Assembly: GCF_006345805.1 (NCBI RefSeq)
Contig: NC_043003.1
Span: 17,670,001 to 17,734,000, forward strand
DNA from: Octopus sinensis
Taxonomy: Eukaryota
DNA: 64,000 nucleotides
Direction: 5' to 3'
Shown here: positions 1 to 11,466 of the stretch, in pieces
Layout: the number at the start of each line of letters is the position of its first letter
How positions within the stretch are numbered: the first letter of the stretch is position 1
Made by a program: the position numbers and the translations under genes
The notes under the pieces: generated by a model
What the model saw: the letters and a program-made list of their open reading frames with translations, nothing else
Databases searched by the model: none
What the model was told of the DNA's origin: nothing

Positions 1-405
1 ACCTTAACCAGTTGAGCATGTCCCTTAGTGGCTGACGATATGTGCATCTCTGATCACGAGCAGAAGTAGTGGGGGAGCATCATAGCCATGTGTTGAGAAG
101 GATTCTTTGGGGTTTGAATAATTCACCTCTGGAAACATGGGTGTTTCGTTCAACGTCCTTAAACAACCCTTATTCAGGGACCTTTTGAGCGGGATGGGTT
201 ACTCGATCTGAAGAAAATTCTAACTGAGCTCCACCTGCAAGGTCATGTGCTGTTTATCTTGATATGAGATCACCATGTCGTGCACATATGGTTGTGATGC
301 ATGTGCCTGGTGTACCCTTATCAGACGGGTAGTCATGATGGGTATACTGGGCTTCGTATATTTTACCCCAGTGTCACTTTGATGGCATGCTCTGCTCGCT
401 CACTC
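1..405 (+). mobile_element. Unclassified interspersed repeat, probably a retroelement 3' end, ending in an (AAT)n tail
   Basis: Non-coding, GC-richer block ending ...ctctgctcgctcactc directly into an (AAT)n tract at 406-535. Confidence 0.4.
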
Positions 406-440
<35 letters not shown>

Positions 441-654
441 TAATAATAATAGTAATAATAATAATAATATTAATATTAATAATAATGATAATGAAGATGA
501 TAATAATAATAAAAATAGTTTCTTATTAACCATAAGTGTTTACATTAAGAAAAACATTATGGACTGCACAAGACAAATAAGAATGTGTGTGTGTATGTGT
601 GTGAGTATGTGCTGTTGTGAGGCTTTTGCATGTAAACAAGACCAACAAAATTTA

Positions 655-780
655 AAAACACTTTCAATACAGTAAAAATAAGAGCATCACAAAAAACCAC
701 AGCACATACCCAAGGCACACAGAGCTGCACTTGGTAGTTCGGTGAAAGCACAATATAAAAATAAGACTACAGAATAGTAA
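655..780 (+). mobile_element. Probable R4/Dong-type LINE 3' tip (last codons plus 3'UTR)
   Basis: Reads KTLSIQ* (655-675), like the ILRKxL* end of R4/Dong ORFs, then a short UTR and an AAT-like tail; recognition only. Confidence 0.4.
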
Positions 781-789
781 TCATAATAG

Positions 790-940
790 TTGAACAGATG
801 GATTGAGCAAACAAGCATAAAAGCTAGTTTAGTGCAGTTCTAGAAAACAGTGTTATTAGGAACAGCTAGGATACTTAGGAAGGTTCTTGGCATCTAAGGT
901 TACTTGTTATAGTCCGATGTTAGGAATTTTTCTTTTCCAA
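790..940 (+). mobile_element. 5'-truncated R4/Dong (RLE) retrotransposon 3' end
   Basis: 790-897 translates LNRWIEQTSIKASLVQF*KTVLLGTARILRKVLGI*, matching the R4/Dong C-terminal motif QKxxLLGTARILRKVL. Confidence 0.8.
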
Positions 941-948
941 TAGTTTAA

Positions 949-1410
949 CCCTTTCGTTACCATCCCGGCTGAAACTGCCTCTGGCTCTGTAGTACAAATG
1001 TCTTGTTTTCATAAGTTTTGAATTAAAATCTTCCACCAGACCTTATGCTTCTAACAATAGCTGAATGATAACTATGTTATTTTATTAAATTCTTTGTTAT
1101 TTTTAAAATTAAGTGAAAGAAACACAAAACATCTCAACAGAAATCTGGTAACAAAAGGGTTAAAATATATAATAGAGAAACAATTCTTAACCCTTTCGTT
1201 ACCAACTCAGCTGAAACTGACTCTGGCTCTCAGTACAAATGCCTTGTTTTCATAAGTTTTGAATTAAAATCTTCCACCAAACCTTAGTCAAAATTTATGT
1301 TCCTAACACTACCTGAATGATAACTATGTTCTTTTTCTAAATTCTTTGTTATATTTAAAGTAATTGAAAGAGACACAGAGCATCTCAACAGAAATATAGT
1401 AACAAAAGGG
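949..1410. mobile_element. piggyBac-type MITE dimer (units 949-1159 and 1191-1410)
   Basis: Each unit is TTAA|CCCTTTCGTTACCA...T(G/A)GTAACAAAAGGG|TTAA, with TTAA at 945, 1160, 1187 and 1411. Confidence 0.85.
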
Positions 1411-1460
1411 TTAATCTGCTGGGCATATATGACATAATAATAATAATAATAATGGTTTCA

Positions 1461-2420
1461 AACTTTGGCCCACAGCCAGTAACTTTGGGGAAGGGATAAG
1501 CCGATTACATTGATCCCAATACTCAACTGGCACTCATTTTATCAACCCCCAAAGAACAAAAAGCAAAGTTGACCCCAGTGGAATTTGAACTCAGAATGTA
1601 AAGGTAAATGAAATAATAATAATAATAATTATTATTATTGTGTACAGTGCTCAGGTGCACTACAACTCATCTAAAGTGTATATATAATCAGGTGTTGTTT
1701 CGGCGGATTACGGAAAGCATGAGGGCCTTAAAGGATGCAGTGTCATGGCAGTCAACAACTGACGCAGGCAGTTTATTCCATGCTTCAGCAACTCTGAGCG
1801 TGAAAAAATGTTTCCGAATGTCATGGGAGCTGTGTTGTTTTCTGACTTTGTAGGCATGTCCACGTGTGTTAGACACATGGAGATCAAAAAGGTGTTCAGT
1901 GTTGTTGTTGGTGAGGTGGTTGATAACTTTGTGGGTGTTTACCAAGTCCGTCGCCAGACGCCGGAGCTTTAGTGAATCCATGCCCAGGGAAACAAGGCGC
2001 TCAGAATACGGTAGGTGTCTGATGGAGGGTATGCGTTTGGTTGCACGTCTCTGGACAGATTCCAGGAGGTCAATGTTCTGAGCAAGATAGGGGTTCCAAA
2101 CTGATGATGCGAATTCCAAGTGTGGTAGTACCATAGCTGTATACAGTTTTAAATAGATGGCTGGAGAGCGGCTAACAAAAGTCTTGCTGAGTGATGCCAA
2201 GACACCCTCGGCCTTCTTGACAATTTTAGAGATATGCTTTGTCCAATGCAAATCACTGCTGACAGTGATGCCTAGGTCACGCTCGCAAGAGGATTTCTTG
2301 ATATCAGTGTTGTGGAGGGAGTATGTGGACGCAGGGTTTTTTCTCCCAAAATGCATGGTGGTACACTTGCTGCTAAGCATTTCGTCCAGTGTGCTAACAA
2401 TTCTGCCACCTCACTGCCCT
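1461..2420 (-). mobile_element. tRNA-headed SINE (family S1) split by a CR1 insertion; pieces 2372-2420 and 1461-1615
   Basis: The halves rejoin to the S1 pattern ...gaaata|(cc)gctaagcatttcg... seen intact at 5375-5610 and 8370-8585. Confidence 0.75.
1640..2371 (-). mobile_element. 5'-truncated CR1-clade LINE (ORF2 C-terminus plus 3'UTR)
   Basis: ORF 1688-2380: KCTTMHFG, ERDLGITV, PHLEFASSVWNP, LESVQRRATK, RGHAYK, FFTLRVAEAWNKLP; AAT tail; still open over about 225 codons. Confidence 0.93.
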
Positions 2421-2461
2421 AATAATGATGATGATGATGATAATGGTGGTGGTGGTGGTAA

Positions 2462-2670
2462 TAGTAAAAATGCTTCAGAGGTACATGGAACAAATAGGGG
2501 CTACAATAAGTGTGGAGGACTTGCCGAAAACAGCACTGCTTGAAACCGCTCGAATACTTTGGATGGTGCTCGAAAAATAAGGGGTGTTACCTTAGTTCAC
2601 TGGTAGTGAACAGCTGACACCGGAGTACCTTTCCAGCGTTAGAAGCTGTGCAAAGACAATAATAATAATA
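2462..2670 (+). mobile_element. R4/Dong retrotransposon 3' end (second family)
   Basis: 2482-2580 reads YMEQIGATISVEDLPKTALLETARILWMVLEK*, then a 77-nt UTR and an (AAT)n tail. Confidence 0.8.
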
Positions 2671-2904
2671 GTAATCCTTTCTGCTATAAGCGCAAGGCCT
2701 GAAATTTTGGGGGAAGGGATGAGTTGATTTCACCGACTCCAGTGTTTGACTGGTGCCTATTTTATTGACCCTGAAAGGATAAAAGGTAAAGCTGACATTG
2801 GTGGGATTTGAGCTTAGAACATAAACAGCCGGAAGAAATGCCACTAAGCATTTTCTCCAATGTGATAGTGATTCAGCCAGTACACCATCTTTGTCAGCTT
2901 GCCA

Positions 2905-3012
2905 ATAATAGCAGTGGCAGCAGCAGCAGTGGCAGCAGCAGCAGTGGTGGTGGTGGTGGTGGTGGTAGTAGTAGTTATGTTGGTGGTGGTGGTTGTGGTG
3001 ATGACAGTCGTG

Positions 3013-3091
<79 letters not shown>

Positions 3092-3126
3092 TAGTAGTAG
3101 TAGTTATGTGGTAGTGATGGTGGTGA

Positions 3127-3160
<34 letters not shown>

Positions 3161-3187
3161 TATGGTGGTAGTGATTGTGGTGGTGAC

Positions 3188-3220
<33 letters not shown>

Positions 3221-3242
3221 TATGGTGGTGGTGACAGTAGTG

Positions 3243-3279
<37 letters not shown>

Positions 3280-3292
3280 CAGCAACAGCAGC
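2905..3292. repeat. Compound trinucleotide microsatellite (GCA/GGT/GTA)n
   Basis: Directly visible; explains the poly-S/V/Y/T ORFs. Confidence 0.97.
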
Positions 3293-3907
3293 ATATATCA
3301 GCGAACACTAGTAAACATTTAACTTTTTAGAATAATTTTGGCATTGATTGGAACAAGCTGAATCCAATAGTGTTGATAAAGGAAATTAAGTCCGTAGCTC
3401 AAATGACGGGATAAGTGGTCTGAAGTATATGGGTAGTTGAGATTTCATACCACTTATTGCATGATATATGACCTGTAGGTGTGGGCATGGCTGTGCGGTT
3501 AAGAAGCTTCCTTTGCAACCATGTAATTTCAAGTTCAATCCCTCTGTGCTCCACCTTGGATAAACGTCTTCTGCTATAGCTCCAGGTCAACCCGTGCCTA
3601 TGTGAGGGAATTTGGTAGGCTGAAACTGCGTAGAAGCCTTCCGTATATGCATGTACTGAAAAGTTTCTAACTCAAAGGGTATCGCAAAAGGCCTGGTTGG
3701 AGGTTCAACATTCTGAGTCCTTTTACAGGGCTTAGAAGAACTGAAGGACCATAGCAATAAGTGTGTTAGTGTTGAATAAATCACAACTGATCCACCTGTA
3801 CTTTCTTTTACTCAAAGCCAGGAACATTTCAGGCCCCACCACCACCACAACATCATGCAAATATGTGTGTGTATATATATATATATATATTATATATATA
3901 TATATAT

Positions 3908-4303
3908 ACTCTTTTACTTGTTTCAGTCATTTGACTGTGGCCATGCTGGAGCACCGCCTTTAGTCGAGCAAATCGACCCAAACACTTATTCTTTGTAAAC
4001 CTAGTACTTATTCTATAGGTGTCTTTTGCCGAACTGCTAAGTTACAGGGACATAAACACACCAACTTCGGTTGTCAAACGATGTTGGGGGGACAAACACA
4101 GACACACAAATATATACACACACGTACATATATATATATATACATATATACAACAGGCTTCTTTCAGTTTCTGTCTACCAAATCCACTCACAAGGCTTTG
4201 GTCGGCCCAAGGCTATAGTAGAAGATACTTGCCCAAGGTGCCACGCAGTGGGACTGAACCCTGAACCATGCGGTTCATAAGCAAGCTACTTACCACACAG
4301 CCA
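3908..4303 (-). mobile_element. tRNA-headed SINE family S2, full length, with internal (TA)/(TG) microsatellite
   Basis: Head TGGCTGTGTGG...GGTTCAGTCCC (A/B boxes), body ccttgggcaagt(a/g)tctt, tail gactgaaacaagtaaaagagt. Confidence 0.9.
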
Positions 4304-4304
4304 T

Positions 4305-5237
4305 GAGCTACTGGAACATGGAATGACCATCAATGCAGATGTTTATTGCTAACAATTTGAGCATGTAAATGAAAAATTATATTGAATGTAGCCAACTTTG
4401 GTAAACAGGAAAGGTGTTATGCTCCAGTATAATTCATGGCCACATTCTTCAAAACTAACCCAAGAAAAAAATAAAAACAAATTAATTAGGATAGGAAGTT
4501 CTTCCACATCCTCTACACTCACCTGACTTAGCACCTACAGATTTCCATCTGTCTTGATCAGTACATCATCATCATCATCATCATCGTTTAATGTCCGCTT
4601 TCCATGCTAGCATGGGTTGGACGGTTCAACTGGGGTCTGGGAAGCCCGAAGGCTGCACCAGGCCAGTCAGATCTGGCAGTGTTTCTACAGCTGGATGCCC
4701 TTCCTAATGCCAACCACTCCATGAGTGTAGTGGGTGCTTTTTATGTGCCACCGACACAGGTGCCAGACGAGGCTGGCGAACGGCCACGCTCGGATGGTGC
4801 TTTTTACGTGCCACCGGCACGGAGGCCAAGCGAGGCTGGCGAACGTCCACGCTCGGATGGTGTTTTTTACATGCCACCAGCATGGAGGCCAGTCAACGCG
4901 GTATTGGCTACGGCCACGTTCGGATGGTTTTCTTATGTGCCACCGGCACTGGTACCACAAAACTACAAATTCTATTGATGTTGATCGATTTTGATTAAAT
5001 TCTTTGATTTTTACTTGCCTCAACAGGTCTTCACAAGTAGAGTTATGTGTCCCAAGAAGGAAGGTATGGACAAGAAGGAAGGTATTTTATAATTGGCAAA
5101 ACATTCAGAAACAAGAGAGGAAGTTGAAAACTGCCTTTCGTACTATTTTCTCAGGAGGAGAAATAGGTTTCTTTGGATGCGGCATAAAAATGTTGGCTGC
5201 AGTTGTTGAAAACGATGGTGATTACATTCTTGATTAA
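4305..5237 (+). pseudogene. mariner transposase C-terminal half, split by an RTE tail
   Basis: ELLEHGMTINADVYC...NRKGVMLQYN...EVLPHPLHSPDLAPTDFHL (4305-4560); resumes at about 5090 and ends GIKMLAAVVENDGDYILD*; stops and frameshifts. Confidence 0.85.
4565..5085 (-). mobile_element. RTE LINE 3' end with (GAT)n tail
   Basis: Reverse complement of the 3'UTR and tail of the longer RTE copy at 32161-33842. Confidence 0.9.
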
Positions 5238-5374
5238 AACTATTCAAATAAACGCAGTTTGAAACTGGCATCTCATTACATGAAAACTATTGTCTTTTTC
5301 ATTTTCTGTTGTGATGTAAAACCCATTTCTCATCACCTATAACAATACACTGCAGAAATGAGATAAGTTATTCC

Positions 5375-5610
5375 TTATTTCTTTATTGCCCACAAGGGGC
5401 AAAACATAGAGGGGACAAACAAGGACAGACAAAGGGCTTAAGTCGATGACATCGACCCCAGTGCATAACTGGCTCTTATTTAATTGACCCCGAATGGATG
5501 AAAGGCAAAGTCGACCTCGGCGGAATTTGAACTCCAGAACGTAACGGCAGACAAAATACGGCTACGCATTTCTCCCGGCATGCTAGCGATTCTGCCAGCT
5601 GGCCGCCAGA
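5375..5610 (-). mobile_element. SINE S1 (tail variant a)
   Basis: GGCCAGCTGGCAGAA A-box-like, GGAGTTCAAATTCC B-box; tail ...gccccttgtgggcaataaagaaataag. Confidence 0.88.
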
Positions 5611-5805
5611 TAAGTTATTCCTGGTTAGAAGACAGCTGCAGATGGTGGAATGTTGTGTTTGGATTTCAAGCACGAGCTCATGCAGAACCCAAATTCACTC
5701 TTTGGATGTTTTCCCAATTTGCTTGAGATATTTGTGGAGAGTTGAACATGACACATTAAATTTTGGGGCCAAATCTTTGGTGCTTTGATGTAGATCCTCT
5801 ACGAT

Positions 5806-6215
5806 AGGCACAGGAGTGGCTGTGTGGTAAGTAGCTTGCTTACCAACCACATAGTTCCGGGTTCAGTCCCACTGCATGGCACCTTGGACAAGTGTCTTCT
5901 GCTATAGCATCGGGCCTACCAAATCCTTGTGAGTGGATTTGGTAGACGGAAATTCTAAAAGAAGCCCGTCGTATATATGTATATGTATATGTATATGTGT
6001 GTGTGTTTGTGTATCTGTGTTTGTCCCCAAAACATCGCTTGACAACTGATGCTGGTGTGTTTACGTCCCAATAACTTAGCGGTTCTGCAAAAGAGACCGA
6101 TAAAATAAGTACAAGGCTTACAAAGAATAAGTCCTGGGGTCGATTTGCTCGACTAAAGGCGGTGCTCCAGCATGGCCACAGTCAAATGACTGAAACAAGT
6201 AAAAGAGTAAAAGAA
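5806..6215 (+). mobile_element. SINE S2, full length
   Basis: Same sequence organisation as 3908-4303. Confidence 0.9.
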
Positions 6216-6574
6216 TAATAGCATCATTCAAAAGGCTGACATTCAGAGTGGGTCAACTTCCAGAGCAAGGCTGGTTAGATAAGTCACAATCTCCATCTTT
6301 AAACTTTTTAATCCACAGCTAACATGTACAAGCTTTTACTATATCCGTTCTTCATTGCTTCTGTAGCGGTATTGTTTTTGGCGAAATTCATACAGTATGC
6401 AATGGTGAATATGTTGTTTCATAAATTTCTTTTCCTCCATAGGATTAATTACCAAAATAACAATGAACGACACATTGCTGGACAGAAGAGATGATATACC
6501 GTTTCTAGACAGTTCCCACCCATTCAACCTTGGCTAGCTCCAATGTATATATATATATACACACACACACACGT

Positions 6575-6675
<101 letters not shown>

Positions 6676-7559
6676 AGTATGTATGAATGTTAGATAGATA
6701 GATAGATTAAGAACAAAATGAAAACAAATGGCATCATTCAAAAAACTATTTAATTCAGATAAATAAATCATCATCATCATCATTATCATCATCATTATCA
6801 TTATCAACATCATCATTTAACATCCACCTTCCATTCTGGCATATATGCTTAGCGGTATTTCGTCTGCCGTTACGTTCTGAGTTCAAATTCTGCCGAGGTC
6901 GACTTTGCCTTTCATCCTTTCAGGGCTCAATAAATTAAGTACCAGTTATGCACTTGGGTCGATGTAATCGACTTAATACCTTTGTCTGTCCTTGTTTGTC
7001 CCCTCTATGTTTAGCCCCTTGTGGATTATAAAGAAATATATATATATATATATATATATATAAAGACATAGGAGTGGCTGTGTAGTAAGTAGCTTGCTTA
7101 CGAACCACATGGTTCTGGGTTCAGTTCCACTGCATGCACCTTGGGCAAGTGTCTTCTACTATAGCCTCAGGCCAAACAAAGCCTTGTAAATGGATTTTGT
7201 GAGTGGATTTGGTAGGCAGTGCTCCAGCATGGCCGCAGTCAAATGACTGAAACAAGTAAGTGAGTAAAAGAGTAAAAAGAGTCGTTGACACTCATTGCAC
7301 CATATATATATATATATATATATTTATATATGTACACATACATGCATGCACACATACACACACACACACACTCTCATATTAGCATATGTTAATGGAATGT
7401 ATCTTCTAAATTTTGTGCAATAGAAGAGATAACAATGATTGGGTAAATGGATCGTATGCTTAATGTGATGCCAAGAGGCTTGAGACATCCATCATTATAG
7501 GATGAATATCCTTGTGACTAATTTTCTGAAACTGCTTCCAACAGACCCCAAGTGGCATT

Positions 7560-7740
7560 ACATTTTGTTGTCGTTTTTATTGAGAGTCAGGGTTTCTGCT
7601 TTGATGAACATTGTTTCCATTTTTATCTCCTGTTTGTTCGTCTCTTTGATCTTAAATTACTTTGATTGAGATTCGTGATTATCAGTTTGATTTAGTGCCG
7701 TGATTATTTTAGTGAGTAAATGTGATATCTTTTGATATCG
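7560..7740 (-). pseudogene. Possible Penelope-like GIY-YIG C-terminal remnant
   Basis: FKIKETNKQEIKMETMFIKAETLTLNKNDN resembles the FxI...ExxFI...LN end of PLE endonucleases; very decayed. Confidence 0.35.
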
Positions 7741-7913
7741 GCATGGCTGCGAGGCAAGAAGCTTGCATCCTAACCACATGGTTCTGGGTTCAGCCCCACT
7801 GCATGGCAACTTGGGCAAGTGCCAACTGCTATAGCCACAGGTCGACCAAGGGCTTGTGAGAGTGGATTTGGTAAACGGAAAGTAGGCAAACACAGACATA
7901 AAGAGATATACAC

Positions 7914-7949
<36 letters not shown>

Positions 7950-8132
7950 GTATATGATTGTCTTCTTTCAGTTTCCGTCTACCAAATCCACTCACAAGGT
8001 TTTGGCTGGCAGAAGACTATAGTAGAAGACACTTGCCGAAGGTGCCACACAGTGGGACTGAACCATGTGGTTCATATATATATATATATATATATCAAGC
8101 GATGTTGGAGGGATAAACACAGACACACAAAC

Positions 8133-8175
<43 letters not shown>

Positions 8176-8369
8176 CATACGATGGGCTTCTTTCAGTTTC
8201 CGTCTACCAAATCCACTCACAAGGCCTTGGTTGGCCTGAGGCTATAGTAGAAGACACTTGCTCAAGGTGCCACACAGTGAGACTGAACCCGGAACCATGT
8301 AGTTCGTAAGCAAGCTACTTACAACACAGCCACTTCTATGCCTTAAAAGCTTACCGCCTTAAAAAAGAT

Positions 8370-8585
8370 TATCTTTTCTACTCTAGGCACAAGGCATGAA
8401 ATGCTGGTGGGAGGGGGCTAGTTGATTAGATCGATCCTAGTATGCAACTGGTACTTAATTTATTTACCCCGAAAGGATGAAAGGCAAAGTTAGCCTCCAT
8501 GGAATTTGAACCCAAGAACGTAAAGACAGACGAAATGTCGCTAAGCATTTTGCCTGGCATGTTAACAATTCTACCACCTTACCCC
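8370..8585 (-). mobile_element. SINE S1 (tail variant b)
   Basis: Same head and body as 5375-5610 but tail ...tttcatgccttgtgcctagagtagaaaagat. Confidence 0.85.
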
Positions 8586-9817
8586 ATTAATAATAAGTTT
8601 TAGTAATGCAAGTTTAACAAGTATATGTGAATCAAAACATTGAATGTGAAATGTCCTTGGAGATTTGATCTTTTCATCTGATAATAAACATGAGAAAGAA
8701 TTATAAAATATAACCTCAGCTTTAGTACATTAACTAGACACATGACAATCTTTTTCATTCGTTACACAAATAATTCTATATCTATATCAGTTTGTCTAAA
8801 TCAATAGTTCTCAGCCAGAATCCACGTGACCCTTGGGGAGGGAGGCCCATGTAAGAATTTGTCGCTAAAATTTTTTCTATATTCTTTTATTCTTTTACTT
8901 GTTTCTGTCATTTGACTGCGGCCATGGTGGAGCACTGCCTTTAGCCAAACTAATCGATCCCACCTCCCCAGGACTTATGTTTATATATATATATAGTAGA
9001 GTCCACTGTAATCCATAGGTAGGAGAGGTGCAGTCGGAGGGTAAAATGTCCAAAAGAGAATCCGTAAAGGGTAGAAAGGTAGAAAGTCCAGTGGAGAAGT
9101 TTGTGGATGATAAGAGGTGACAGGATCAACTGGTGCATATATATATATATATGTATATATGTATATCAGTGTGTGTGTGATTTTGTGTATGTGTTTGTCC
9201 CACACAACAGCTTGACAACCAGTGTTGGTTCGTTTATATCCCTGTAACTTAGCAGGTCAGCAAAAAGAGACTGACAGAAGAAGTACCAGGTTTTAAAAAA
9301 AAACATAAGTACTGAGATCAATTCACTGAACTAAAGAGTCTCCGAAGTGATGCTCCAGCATGGCCATAGTCTAATGACCGAAACAAGTCAAAATCTACAA
9401 AAAGAAAAAGAGGAAAGAATATTCAAGACTATAGAGCAGTTAGTCGTTAGAAGAATTTTAGAGATGTACGTTCTATTATGTGTTCCCATAAATAAAAAGT
9501 TGAGAGATGTGGTAGAGGCAGCGGTGGGGGGTGGGGGTTTGGCTAAAATATTTCACTCGTATTTTTAGTGTGGTGAGGTGTGGTAGCGGGGCGTGGGATG
9601 GAGATGGTGCCTGTCAGTTTGCGGAACTTCTGATAAAAAGGACAAACAGACATAGGGTCTAGTGTCATGGCGAATCTAAGAATATGTTCATCGAGCTTAT
9701 AATTGTAACATTGTTTACAGTTTTAATACATATGCAGACACACACACACACACAAAGCATCATCATCATCATCATTTAGCAACTGTTTTCCATGCTGGCA
9801 TGAATAGGGTCATATAT

Positions 9818-10621
9818 ATATAAGAATGAATGTTTTTATATATAATGAACGTGAAATACAGGAAGGGACGAACACGGAACACAGACAAATCATTCGAAGC
9901 CTTCAATCTTCAGTCAGACACCGAATCATCATAGCAAATTTCGGCTGTTCAATTCTGATATTTGCTCCAACTCGGCCAACCCCAAGAAAAAAAAAAACTA
10001 AGCTGTAAGCATTAGATTTCTTGGTAGAAGACAGGAATGTGAACGCACAAGACGGATGTAAATACAAGAGACGAAAACGAAATTGAAAACAGTAATGAAT
10101 AAACAAAATATATATAACGGTGGTTGTCATACGACTTTAGACCAAATGAGACAAAAACAACAACAACATAGCTGGCGTAGAAATAATTACCGTTTCGGTA
10201 GCGGGGACACATGTTGGTCGAGATACGATGGCCAACAGAATGGTTTAAGAAGCAGCAGGTTGCAGGAGAGAGAGAGAAAGAGAGACAGAGAGAGAGGGAA
10301 TCAAAGAGGGTGGAAGGCAGGGGACAGAATCAGTGACCAAGAGAAAAGGAAAAAGAAGGGATTAAGGAGGATGGGAGGAAGAGGGGAGGAGGATGGGAGG
10401 AAGAGAGGGGAAGAATCGGAGGGCGCCAAAAAGTTTGGTGAAGAAGCAATGGCGGGTAGGAAAGACAGTGTGTATAGAAGTCGTGCAGGTTTAAAATTGG
10501 ACAAACAAACGGGGGGGGGGGTGCACGTAACGCCGCAATAATATAAGAATGAATGTTTTTATATATAATGAACGTGAAATACAGGAAGGGACGAACACGG
10601 AACACAGACAAATCATTCGAA
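9818..10621. mobile_element. About 800-bp element bounded by identical 81-bp direct repeats (family X)
   Basis: 9818-9898 is identical to 10541-10621; the interior starting ttcgaagccttcaatcttcagtca is homologous to 30640-31005 (-) and 48420-48615 (+). Confidence 0.7.
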
Positions 10622-10634
10622 ATATATATATATA

Positions 10635-10896
10635 TGCCGGAGTAAACACATAAATGTGAAACAAGGTGGAAAAAAGAGTACTCAAATACCAGTGGTAGAG
10701 TAATATGCTTTATTTAAAGCAGCAGAAAATTCAACAAAACCTGTTACTCTGAGTTTCCCGTTGCCGTTCATCGGACAGTTTTTGCTAGAATGGAACCGAT
10801 ATGTCAATTATCGGTTCCATTCTAGCAAAAACTGTCCGATCAACGGCAACCTCAGAGTAACAGGTTTTGTTGAATTTTCTGCTGCTTTAAATAAAG
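10635..10896. mobile_element. PLE pseudo-LTR-like repeat with inverted partial copy
   Basis: Arms 10708-10801 and 10809-10896 around a 7-nt loop; flanked by (TA)n; contains a hammerhead motif. Confidence 0.7.
10741..10778 (-). ncRNA. Minimal type-I hammerhead ribozyme motif (U4C variant)
   Basis: cugu CCGAUGA a cg GCAA cg g GAAA cuc a gag UA^acag: stem I, core, GCAA-capped stem II, stem III ACUC-A-GAGU; 10.1-11.1 is an A/G mismatch. Confidence 0.65.
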
Positions 10897-10925
10897 TATA
10901 TATATATAATATATATATATATATC

Positions 10926-10957
<32 letters not shown>

Positions 10958-10960
10958 CAT

Positions 10961-11015
<55 letters not shown>

Positions 11016-11065
11016 CGTGTGTGTATGTATATACATATATATTTATATATATGTATATACATACA

Positions 11066-11445
11066 CTGGAGTGGCTGTGTAGTAAGTAGCTTACATACCA
11101 ACCATATGGTTCCAGGTTCAGTCCCACTGCATGACACCTTGGGCAAGTGTCTTCTACTATAACCTTGGGCTGACTAAAATCTTGTGAGTTGATTTGGTAG
11201 TCAGAAACTGTAAAGAAGACTGTCCTGTGTGTGTGTGCATGCATGAATTTGTGCTCGTCCCCCCCCCACCATCGCTTGACAACCAATGTCGGTGTGTTTA
11301 CATCCCTGTAACTTAGCAGTTCGGCAAAAGAGACCACTAAATAAGTACGAGGCTTACAAAGAATAAGCCCTGGGGTTGATTTGTTTGACTAAAGGTGGTG
11401 CTCCAGCATGGCCGCAGTGAAATGACTGAAACAAATGAAAGAATA
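11066..11445 (+). mobile_element. SINE S2 (diverged)
   Basis: Family sequence match by eye. Confidence 0.85.
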
Positions 11446-11466
11446 AAAGAATATATATATATATAT

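Larger units (their letters stand above)
5258..6440 (-). pseudogene. mariner transposase N-terminal half, split by two SINEs
   Basis: MEEKKFMKQHIHHCILYEF (ATG at 6440); DGDCDLSNQPCSG; GKTSKE*IWVLHEL...ICSCLLTRNN; IVIGDEKWVLHHNRK*KRQ. Confidence 0.85.

Noticed and set aside
2372-2420. SINE-head/CR1 chimeric retrogene
   Set aside because: The rest of the SINE is on the other side of the CR1, so this is a nested insertion.
10012-10260. Apparent first coding exon on the minus strand (caacATG TGT CCC...G|gtaatt)
   Set aside because: It lies inside family X, which has homologues at 30.6-31.0 kb and 48.4 kb, so it is repeat-derived.
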